Assembly: GCA_023135835.1 (NCBI GenBank) | Contig: JAGLSI010000001.1 | Location: 2,400-66,399, forward strand | Source: Minisyncoccota bacterium | Lineage (GTDB): Bacteria; Patescibacteriota; Minisyncoccia; Phycocordibacterales; UBA12079 | DNA: 64,000 nucleotides | Direction: 5' to 3' | In this document: piece after piece, positions 28,167 through 35,810 of the stretch | Layout of the letters: each line of letters begins with the position of its first letter | Position numbering within the stretch: the stretch's first letter is position 1 | Translations under genes and position numbers: made by a program | The notes under the pieces: generated by a model | What the model saw: the letters and a program-made list of their open reading frames with translations, nothing else | Database searches by the model: none | Told to the model about the DNA's origin: nothing

Positions 28167-28907
28167 ATGATTATGAATTCTTTAGAAAATATAAACAAAA
28201 GATATAGTGATGATTTATATTTAACTTTTTTAGCAAAGAAGGTAGAGAAGATAGTTTCTGCTTTATATTTAATCACTGATCCCTTAGATAAAAAAGAACC
28301 TCTTCGTTGGGATATAAGACAGGAAGGGCTTGTGCTTTTTTCTGATGTTACAAAATTAAATAACTGCTTAAGTTCAGATAAATCTGAGATATTTTTAAAT
28401 ATATCTTTTCGGTTTTTTAAAACTATGTCTTTGTTGGAATTAGCTGTTTTAACAAAATTATTATCAGAAGAAAATTTTAGTATTTTTGAAAGAGAGTTTA
28501 ATTTATTATTATCTATTATAGAAAATAATACTACTACGATTAATAAACAACTTTCTCCTTACCTAGATGGGGAGTACTTTAAACTAAAAGACAAAGCTTT
28601 TCGTTCTAAAGAGATACAAACCATATTAGGAACTATAAAGGACATAGATAAAGATAAAGGACAAAGTCCTTTAGAACCAAAGATGGTTAAAAAGGACATA
28701 GCTTCTAATAATGAAAAGAAGAACTTGCGTAGAGATAATATAATAAAAACACTGTCTAAAGGACAAAAACTAACTATAAAGGACATTGCAAAAATAATCA
28801 CAGATTGTAGTGAAAAAACTATTCAAAGAGAATTGCAACGAATGATGAAAGACAATTTATTAGTAAAAGAAGGAGAAAGGAGGTGGAGCCGTTATTTTTT
28901 AAAATAA
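28167..28907 (+). CDS. hypothetical protein with C-terminal winged-HTH
   Basis: C-terminal LTIKDIAKIITDCSEKTIQRELQRMMKDNLLVKEGERRWSRYFL HTH-like. Confidence 0.5.
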   Translation: MIMNSLENINKRYSDDLYLTFLAKKVEKIVSALYLITDPLDKKEPLRWDIRQEGLVLFSDVTKLNNCLSSDKSEIFLNISFRFFKTMSLLELAVLTKLLSEENFSIFEREFNLLLSIIENNTTTINKQLSPYLDGEYFKLKDKAFRSKEIQTILGTIKDIDKDKGQSPLEPKMVKKDIASNNEKKNLRRDNIIKTLSKGQKLTIKDIAKIITDCSEKTIQRELQRMMKDNLLVKEGERRWSRYFLK

Positions 28908-29131
28908 AAATAAAATACTAAAAATGGGTGATTTTTTGTTATTAATATTTTTTATAGAGCTTCCTTTTGTTTGAAATTAAAGTTTTAATTAAAAAAGACT
29001 TGTTTTTTATAAAAATAAATAAGGTATTTTTAATTTTTAATATTAAATTACAATTTAAACCTTTATTTCCTTGCATTTATAGCCCTGTTATTATAAAATA
29101 ATAGAGTTATATTTCGGTGTATTTACACAAG

Positions 29132-29140
29132 TTATCCACA
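29132..29140 (+). promoter_or_regulatory. perfect DnaA box TTATCCACA, 9 bp upstream of a TTGCAA-16-TATAAT promoter
   Basis: exact consensus 9-mer. Confidence 0.45.
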
Positions 29141-29148
29141 AAGTTTCT

Positions 29149-29176
29149 TTGCAAGAAGAGCTATACGAGATATAAT
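29149..29176 (+). promoter_or_regulatory. sigma-70-like promoter TTGCAA-16-TATAAT
   Basis: near-consensus hexamers, 480 bp upstream of surface-protein gene. Confidence 0.45.
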
Positions 29177-29371
29177 TTTATCAACAAATTCTTCGTCAAA
29201 AAACGAAGAGATTATTTTGTTAAAGTTTTTGTACTTTGAAAAATAGTTGAATTATAAAATTTAATTTCTTTAGATAAAGAAAAAGAAGTTAGGTTTTATA
29301 ATTCAATTTATAAAGAACTCAAAAAACAAATGAATGCACCGTTCTATATTTGGTCGTAAATCTAGTCGGTG

Positions 29372-29521
29372 TAGTAGACTTCTTTAAAAATTATTTTTAA
29401 AGCAGGTGGTCGAAGTCCGACCTCTTAACTTGTATACCAGTGATTTTTAATTATTAAAATATTGTTTAATTATTACTGAGGTCGTACTTCTTTTGAAAAA
29501 ATAATTTTTAAAGAAGTCTAC
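29372..29521 (+). repeat. structured element: 24-bp perfect outer stem enclosing GAAGTCCGACCTCTTAACTTGTATACCAGTGA core (copy 1)
   Basis: core re-occurs at 33514-33547; candidate ncRNA or leader. Confidence 0.45.
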
Positions 29522-29659
29522 GTTAAAATTAACAAACGAAATTATTAATTTGTTTATTAGCCGCATAAAATTTTTTTATTTTATGCATTATGATTTCTTA
29601 AAAAACATTATTATTTTTTTATCAATTAATTTATTTTAAGAAATTTTTAAAAATACATT

Positions 29660-32600
29660 ATGAGTATATTTAAACTTAAGGACACTGCGGTAATGAAAGT
29701 TATCTCAGTTTTCGCAGGTAGTGCTATGGCTCTTACTCTTGTGTTTGGTGGTGCAGTTGCTCCAGCTCAAGCTCAAACAGTAGAAGAACTTACAGCACAA
29801 ATAAATTCTTTGCTAGCAATGATTACATCTTTGCAAGCTCAATTAACAACAATCGGAGGAGGTACTGTATCAGGAGTATCTTATAGCTTCACAACAAACC
29901 TTTCACAAGGAGATAGTGGGGCAGACGTTTTGAATCTTCAAAAAGTTCTTAACATGAGTGCAGACACTCAGGTTGCAGTAACAGGAGTAGGTTCAGCAGG
30001 ATTGGAGACAGAATATTTTGGTTCTTTGACTAAAACAGCTGTAATTAAATTCCAGAACAAATACGCTTCTGAAATTTTGACACCAGTTGGATTAACAGCA
30101 GGAACAGGATATGTTGGTCCTTCAACAAGAGCTAAATTGAACACAATGACAGCTCCAGTTGTACCAGTAACTCCAATTGACCCAACAACACCAGTTGTAG
30201 TACCTACAGGAACAGGATTAACTGTTTCAGCAGGAGCACAACCTACAGCTAATTTAGCTGCTGGAGGTGCAGCAAGAGTACCTTTCACAAAAGTAGTACT
30301 TACAGCTAGCGCTGATGGAGCTGTTGTAGTTGACTCTATTTTAGTAGAGAGAACAGGTTTGTCACAAGACGCTGCGTTCGCAGGAATCGTTCTTTTGGAC
30401 GAAGATGGAACACAACTTGGGATTGCAAAAACTTTGAACTCATTACATCAAGCAACTGTTGGAGAAGCCTTCACAGTTAATGCGGGAACTTCAAAGACAA
30501 TTACAATCGCAGCTAACATGACTACTAAAACATTGATGGCTGATTACACAGGGCAAGTTGGTTCATTGACAGTAGTAGGAGTAAATACTTCAGCTACAGT
30601 TAACGGAGCTCTTCCAATTGTAGGAACAAGTCATACAATGAACTCTTCTCTAACAATTGGAACAGTTTCAGTTGCAAGAGGAATAAATGATCCAAATACA
30701 GCTGCTACAAAAGAAGTTGGAGTATCAGATTATACTTTCGCTTCAGTTAAGATAACAGCTGGTTCAGCAGAAAAGGTTAGAATTCATTCTTTGAGATGGA
30801 ATCAATCAGGTTCAGCTTCAGCAGCAGATTTAGAAAATCTAAAAACTTATGTTGACGGAACAGCTTATGATATTACAGTTTCAGCTGATGGAAAATATTA
30901 CACAGCTGACTTTGGAAGTGGAATTGTGATTGACAAAGGTCTTTCAAAAGAAATTTCAATCAAAGGTGATATCGTAGGAGGATCTGGAAGAAATATCGTA
31001 TTTGATATTTATAAATCAACTGATTTATATGTAACAGGAGAAACTTACGCATACGGAATTACACCACCAGCAGGAAGTGGAACTGCAGCTACAACTGGCT
31101 CAGATTTTCTTGCAACAACACCGTGGTATGATAACTGTCATGTAACAGTTTCAGACGGAACTCTAACAGTTTCTAAAGCGACTTCAGTAGAATCACAAAA
31201 TGTTGCTGAGGTTGTAGCTAATCAAGTTCTTGGAGGATTTGATGTAGAAGTTAAAGGAGAAGCCGTTTCAGTAGCTAGTCTTGTATTTACAGGAACTATC
31301 GCTGGAGCAACAGGAGGAGTTGGAACAGATATTGATAATGTTACTTTGATAGACGCTAATGGTTCAGTAGTTGCTGGTCCAGTAGATGCTACAGGAGCTG
31401 CATTAACTGCAACTGTTACATTCTCAGATACAGTAACATTCCCAATTGGAACAGGAACTTATACATTGAAAGGTCAATTAGCGAGTGCGTTCGTTAATGA
31501 TCAAACACTTGTATTTGAAACTGATCCTGATGATAACTGGACAACAGTTACAGGACAAACAACAGGAAATGCTATTGTTCCTGCACCAACATCAGCTGTT
31601 ACTTCAAATACAATGACAATGAAAGCTGGTTCAGCTGTAATTAGTACATCTGCAAGCCCGGTAGCACAAAACATTGTAGCTGGAGCACAAAGCTTTGTAT
31701 TTGCTAATTTCCAATTTGATGCAACAGCATCAGGTGAAGATGTTAGATTTACATCACTTGTGTTATATAACACAGCTAGTGCTGAATCAGAATATCAAAC
31801 AGGATGTCAATTATTTGATGGGGATACTGCTTTGAACACTGGTTCAAATAAGAAAGATATTGCAGCAGATGAAGCAACATCTCAAACATTCACATTAGAT
31901 AGTGGTGGAGTGACAATTCCAAAAGGAACATTAAAGACTATTGCTTTAAAATGTAACCTTTCAGCTTCAGCAGTTGCTCAAACTTACTTGTGGAAGATGT
32001 CAGCAGAACAATCAGGAACAGGTCTTGACTCTGGAACAACTATCACAATTGCAGCAGCTAATGTGACTGGAGATGGTCAATTGATGTCATCTACTGAAAA
32101 AGGAACACTTACAGTTACTGAACAATCAGGTGCTTACACAATTGCAGCGGCTGGTACTACAGATGTAACTCTAGGTTCATTGAAATTCACAGGAACAAAT
32201 GAATCAATTGCATTGAAGAAATTAGCTCTTCAACTAACAGATGCTTCAAGTACACCTTCAGATTTAGTTAAAGTAACTTTGTGGGATGGAGCAACAAAAG
32301 TTGGTGAAACTATCTTCACAGGTACAAACAATAATGCAACATCAACTTTGTCAGGAAGTTTCATAATTCCTAAAGACGGAACTAAGATTCTAACACTTAA
32401 AGGTGATTTAGCAGAAATTGGTACATCTAAGGTTGGAACTCAAGGAGCATTATTGATCGTTAATTACGATGATGATGACCCTACAGGAACACAAGGTGTA
32501 GGTGATCAATCAGGTACAACTATTAGCAGAACTTCTGCTTCAACAGATTCAACATTTGATGGAGTAAGAGTATTTAGGGCTTACCCTGAAATGGCTAAGA

Positions 32601-33232
32601 TTGATATCTCAGGATCATTAACACCTGGAACTACTGATCTTTACAGATTTAGCGTAACAGCTAAAGATAAAGATGGAGTAAGTGAAGGGGTTGGTATTTA
32701 CAAGTTCACACTTAACTTAGCAACATCATCAGATAATGCTACAACAGGTTCAACTACAGTTACAAATGTAAAAGTGTATGCTTACACTGATTCAGCATTT
32801 TCAACAACAGTTGATCAATCAGCAGATGGTACTGCTTACACAAGTGGACAAGTAGTAGCAACAGTTCCACAACCATTAGGAACAACAGCAGGAGTTGATA
32901 ATGAATTATTATTGAGTTCAGCTCTACAAATCCCAGCAGGTCAAACTTATTACTTTAAAGTAGTAGGAACAACCAGCATCGTTTCTGGAACAGGAACAGA
33001 CGCTAATAACTGGGTTAAATCTTACATCGCTGGAGATTCAGCATACGCTGTAAACAGTGCAAGATTAATGGAATTAGCTGATACAGTAGATAGTGATACA
33101 AATGATGCTTTCATTTGGTCACCATATGCAACAACTACTTCCGTAACAACTACTCATTATGACTGGACAAACGGATATAAGATTTACGGTTTGCCAGCAG
33201 ATGGTATGGACTCAGAAACTGTTAACCAATAA
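29660..33232 (+). CDS. S-layer-like large surface protein with signal peptide and PG-binding-like module; probable start 29693
   Basis: signal peptide MKVISVFAGSAMALTLVFGGAVAPAQA, coiled segment, PG_binding_1-like GDSGADVLNLQKVLN...FQNKY, ~900 aa Thr/Gly/Ser/Val-rich repeats. Confidence 0.7.
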   Translation: MSIFKLKDTAVMKVISVFAGSAMALTLVFGGAVAPAQAQTVEELTAQINSLLAMITSLQAQLTTIGGGTVSGVSYSFTTNLSQGDSGADVLNLQKVLNMSADTQVAVTGVGSAGLETEYFGSLTKTAVIKFQNKYASEILTPVGLTAGTGYVGPSTRAKLNTMTAPVVPVTPIDPTTPVVVPTGTGLTVSAGAQPTANLAAGGAARVPFTKVVLTASADGAVVVDSILVERTGLSQDAAFAGIVLLDEDGTQLGIAKTLNSLHQATVGEAFTVNAGTSKTITIAANMTTKTLMADYTGQVGSLTVVGVNTSATVNGALPIVGTSHTMNSSLTIGTVSVARGINDPNTAATKEVGVSDYTFASVKITAGSAEKVRIHSLRWNQSGSASAADLENLKTYVDGTAYDITVSADGKYYTADFGSGIVIDKGLSKEISIKGDIVGGSGRNIVFDIYKSTDLYVTGETYAYGITPPAGSGTAATTGSDFLATTPWYDNCHVTVSDGTLTVSKATSVESQNVAEVVANQVLGGFDVEVKGEAVSVASLVFTGTIAGATGGVGTDIDNVTLIDANGSVVAGPVDATGAALTATVTFSDTVTFPIGTGTYTLKGQLASAFVNDQTLVFETDPDDNWTTVTGQTTGNAIVPAPTSAVTSNTMTMKAGSAVISTSASPVAQNIVAGAQSFVFANFQFDATASGEDVRFTSLVLYNTASAESEYQTGCQLFDGDTALNTGSNKKDIAADEATSQTFTLDSGGVTIPKGTLKTIALKCNLSASAVAQTYLWKMSAEQSGTGLDSGTTITIAAANVTGDGQLMSSTEKGTLTVTEQSGAYTIAAAGTTDVTLGSLKFTGTNESIALKKLALQLTDASSTPSDLVKVTLWDGATKVGETIFTGTNNNATSTLSGSFIIPKDGTKILTLKGDLAEIGTSKVGTQGALLIVNYDDDDPTGTQGVGDQSGTTISRTSASTDSTFDGVRVFRAYPEMAKIDISGSLTPGTTDLYRFSVTAKDKDGVSEGVGIYKFTLNLATSSDNATTGSTTVTNVKVYAYTDSAFSTTVDQSADGTAYTSGQVVATVPQPLGTTAGVDNELLLSSALQIPAGQTYYFKVVGTTSIVSGTGTDANNWVKSYIAGDSAYAVNSARLMELADTVDSDTNDAFIWSPYATTTSVTTTHYDWTNGYKIYGLPADGMDSETVNQ

Positions 33233-33354
33233 CAGTTGAAATAGATAGGTTTTGTTAAATCTTATTAAGTTTCTGTCAAAATTTTTATCGGATCTTTTAA
33301 AGTGAAAATAGAAACAAGGCGAAATAAAATAGAACTAAGCAAAACAATAATAAA

Positions 33355-33384
33355 AAACACCCACATCCAGTGGGTGTTTTTTAT
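33355..33384 (+). terminator. rho-independent terminator (acacccacatccagtgggtgtttttt)
   Basis: 8-bp stem plus T6 downstream of surface-protein gene. Confidence 0.6.
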
Positions 33385-33513
33385 TATGTTATCAAAATCC
33401 TTGGATATCGGATGTCCAAGGATTTTCAATGGGCTCAAGTCGTTGATTCGTTGAAGTATTTTATAGCTTAATAATAGCGCTCCAAGCGCTACTATTATGT
33501 TGAATAAGGAAAG

Positions 33514-33640
33514 GAAGTCCGACCTCTTAGCGTGTATACCAGTAACCTTTAGCTATTTTCTTTTGTTTTGCTATTACTGAAGTCGGTCTTCTTAATAATC
33601 CAGCAGCCCATCGTTAACGAAGTCAGACTTCTTCTGACAG
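33514..33640 (+). repeat. structured element core GAAGTCCGACCTCTTAGCGTGTATACCAGTAA ... ATTACTGAAGTCGG (copy 2)
   Basis: ~85% identical to core at 29411-29442 and 29473-29491. Confidence 0.45.
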
Positions 33641-33649
33641 CAAACAATT

Positions 33650-33658
33650 TATCCACAA
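33650..33658 (+). promoter_or_regulatory. perfect DnaA box TTATCCACA, 16 bp upstream of TTGACT-16-TATTAT promoter (33675-33702)
   Basis: exact consensus 9-mer. Confidence 0.45.
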
Positions 33659-33853
33659 TTTGTTTAAAAACTCTTGACTTTTTTATTCACTTTGCTATTA
33701 TATAGAAAGTACTTGAATCTTGGCTTGCCAATATTTAGGTACTATGAAAAGAGTCATTATTCCTTCGGGGGTTCTGGCTTTTTTCATTGTCAAAATTCAC
33801 TTATTTAATAGTAGCGCTTGGAGCGCTGTTACTAAAATTCAGATAATATTTAC

Positions 33854-33915
33854 AGCGCTTGGAGCGCTGTAATAGGGTAATATAATTTAATTATGAATAA
33901 TATAAATTTAAAAAC
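33854..33915 (+). repeat. direct repeat (copy 1) of promoter region plus first 7 codons of gene 35132 (MNNINLK then stop)
   Basis: ~60 bp identical to 35095-35156, includes AGCGCTTGGAGCGCT palindrome. Confidence 0.7.
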
Positions 33916-33941
33916 AAAATGAGAGTCAACTATTCCAGTTA

Positions 33942-33963
33942 ACCTGCCTTTGCCGGCAGGCAG
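33942..33963. repeat. GC palindrome CCTGCCTTTGCCGGCAGGCAGG nested in a longer hairpin (33912-33995)
   Basis: member of 4-copy family (22969, 33942, 56330, 58004). Confidence 0.55.
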
Positions 33964-34040
33964 GCTGGAGTAATTAACTCTCATTTTGTTTTTAGTTTCT
34001 CTTGATTTAATCCAATATTTTTAATAAAATTAATAGTATT

Positions 34041-34727
34041 ATGCAAAATAAAAATTTACAAATAGGTTTAATTACAGGTGTATTATTAGTAATTTTGGTT
34101 TTTTATGTTTATCAAGATTTATCTATTAAAGATGATGGTATAGTAGCAACAACAACTGGTCAGGTAGTAAATTTATCTGATGATTTAAATACTGCAGGAA
34201 ATGATAATTTGATAATTAAGGAGATTAAAGATGACAATATTCAAAACACAAATGTTCTTATAATGCCTAACCTAGATAGAGAAATAGAGTTTTTAGAGAA
34301 CTTTCCCGAAGAAGCTAGGCAAATCATGATTGATAGAATAAATACAGTAGTGCAGGATATAAAAGATAAACCAGGTTCTTATGACGATTGGATCTCTTTA
34401 GGATTGCAGAGGAAAATAATAGAGGACTATGAGGGGGTTGAATTAGCTTGGGAGTATGCAAAGTACTTAGAACCAGATAGATTCCTTGCTTGGAGTAATT
34501 TAGGTGATTTAAATGCATATTATTTAAGTAATAATATAAAAGCAGAGGAAAATTATATTAAAGCTATAGAATTAAACACTCATCAAATACAAACATATAT
34601 TAAAATTGTAGAGTTTTATAAAGAATTCTTAAACGATACAGAAAAAGCTATTTCTATATTAGAAAAGGGGATAGAAGTAAATCCTAATTCTCAAGAATTA
34701 AAAGACCTCCTATCTACCCTAAATTAG
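34041..34727 (+). CDS. N-terminally anchored protein with TPR-like C-terminal helices
   Basis: TM LQIGLITGVLLVILVFYVY; AWSNLGDLNAYYLSNNIKAEENYIKAIELN TPR-like repeats. Confidence 0.5.
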   Translation: MQNKNLQIGLITGVLLVILVFYVYQDLSIKDDGIVATTTGQVVNLSDDLNTAGNDNLIIKEIKDDNIQNTNVLIMPNLDREIEFLENFPEEARQIMIDRINTVVQDIKDKPGSYDDWISLGLQRKIIEDYEGVELAWEYAKYLEPDRFLAWSNLGDLNAYYLSNNIKAEENYIKAIELNTHQIQTYIKIVEFYKEFLNDTEKAISILEKGIEVNPNSQELKDLLSTLN

Positions 34728-34755
34728 TCGCGCTCGGAGCGCGACTAATCTTTAG

Positions 34756-34764
34756 TTATCCACA
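34756..34764 (+). promoter_or_regulatory. perfect DnaA box TTATCCACA upstream of TATAAT at 34797
   Basis: exact consensus 9-mer. Confidence 0.4.
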
Positions 34765-34812
34765 AGTTATCAAGGTTTTTGGGGGATATTTAAGGGTATA
34801 ATATAGCTATGA

Positions 34813-34913
34813 ATCCCGTTAGAGATTTGATAAAAATAGACAAAACGGGAATGAGAAATTAATAATTTAAATAATAGGTAATTTATTAAAAGTAAATTAT
34901 CTCTAACGGGATG
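34813..34913 (+). promoter_or_regulatory. conserved leader stem ATCCCGTTAGAGAT / ATCTCTAACGGGAT (perfect complement) overlapping AUG at 34911
   Basis: third and most perfect copy of the secE-type leader. Confidence 0.5.
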
Positions 34914-35054
34914 AATAAGACATCTTTTAAGTTTATAAGTGGTTTTGTGTTGATTTTAGTCGTTTCTTTAGGGGTTTTAGTCTATTTTAGTACTGACAGA
35001 GATATAGAAAAAGATATTATTCCAGCAGAAAACTTAGCAGCAGAACAAATTTAA
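34911..35054 (+). CDS. small N-terminally anchored protein (47 aa), not in ORF track
   Basis: ATG placed exactly as in the other two leader copies; TM FISGFVLILVVSLGVLVYF. Confidence 0.35.
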   Translation: MNKTSFKFISGFVLILVVSLGVLVYFSTDRDIEKDIIPAENLAAEQI

Positions 35055-35094
35055 CAGAATATTGCAGCGCTCCAAGCGCTGCAATTAATAGTAG

Positions 35095-35156
35095 CGCTTG
35101 GAGCGCTGTAATAGGGTAATATAATTTAATTATGAATAATATAAATTTAAAAAAAT
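35095..35156 (+). repeat. direct repeat (copy 2) spanning promoter and 5' end of 35132 gene
   Basis: identical to 33854-33915. Confidence 0.7.
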
Positions 35157-35395
35157 ACAAAAAATATTTGGTTGGTATTTTGGTAGTGGTTTTGATAGTA
35201 GGGGGTATTTATTATTATCAGAATAAGGGGTTTGAATTTACTTTAATTACAAATAGTGAAGAATATGGTGAGTTTTTAGCCAGAGGAGGTAGTGAACAAG
35301 AATATTTAGAGTGGGTTAAAGAATTAGAAAAGCAAGATATTTATGGAGGAACAACACCGGAAGAAACATTGGATTTATATATAAAAGTTTTATAA
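35132..35395 (+). CDS. small N-terminally anchored protein
   Basis: 87 aa, TM YLVGILVVVLIVGGIYYY, terminator hairpin 35421-35459 downstream. Confidence 0.5.
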   Translation: MNNINLKKYKKYLVGILVVVLIVGGIYYYQNKGFEFTLITNSEEYGEFLARGGSEQEYLEWVKELEKQDIYGGTTPEETLDLYIKVL

Positions 35396-35516
35396 TTAAA
35401 GTTTTTTAAAATAAACAAAAAAATCTAACGGCTATGAACTTATAGCTGTTAGATTTTTTATATAGAACGGTTTATTTTGATATTGCTTAGTTTGTGTAAG
35501 TGTATTTATATAAACA

Positions 35517-35545
35517 CTTGACTTTTATATAAATAAAGAATATTA
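35517..35545 (+). promoter_or_regulatory. promoter TTGACT-17-TATTAT in front of cassette 35546-40254
   Basis: consensus-like hexamers with 17-bp spacer. Confidence 0.4.
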
Positions 35546-35806
35546 TTGATACATGAGTTAATTATTTACTTTTTATTAAATATTATGAATAAATTACATA
35601 AAAGAGAAAAATTTAAAAGGTTAGCAACTTCTAGAACAATGGATGTTTTAAAAAGATTGCAGGTTCTTTCTAATTGTTCTAATCGTAGTGCTTATGATTA
35701 TAACGAAGAAGATATAAATAAAATATTTTTAACAATTGATAAGGCGGTAAAAGATTCTAAGTCGAAATTTCATTACCCTAAAGAAAAAATTAATTTTAAA
35801 TTATAA
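35546..35806 (+). CDS. hypothetical small basic protein, first gene of cassette (alt start 35585)
   Basis: 86-aa ORF, no recognisable motif. Confidence 0.35.
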   Translation: MIHELIIYFLLNIMNKLHKREKFKRLATSRTMDVLKRLQVLSNCSNRSAYDYNEEDINKIFLTIDKAVKDSKSKFHYPKEKINFKL

Positions 35807-35810
35807 TATT

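Noticed and set aside
29968-31773. Antisense ORFs 29968..30288 and 31501..31773 inside the surface-protein gene
   Set aside because: They lie opposite a long, well-supported + strand CDS and have low-complexity composition from its Thr/Gly codons.
29660-33232. Higher GC of the large surface-protein gene as evidence of horizontal transfer
   Set aside because: Codons are still A/T-ending (aca, gga, gca, gtt, tca). The GC shift is explained by Thr/Gly/Ala/Ser/Val-rich amino-acid composition, unlike the 41.3-42.7 kb islet which uses G/C-ending codons.
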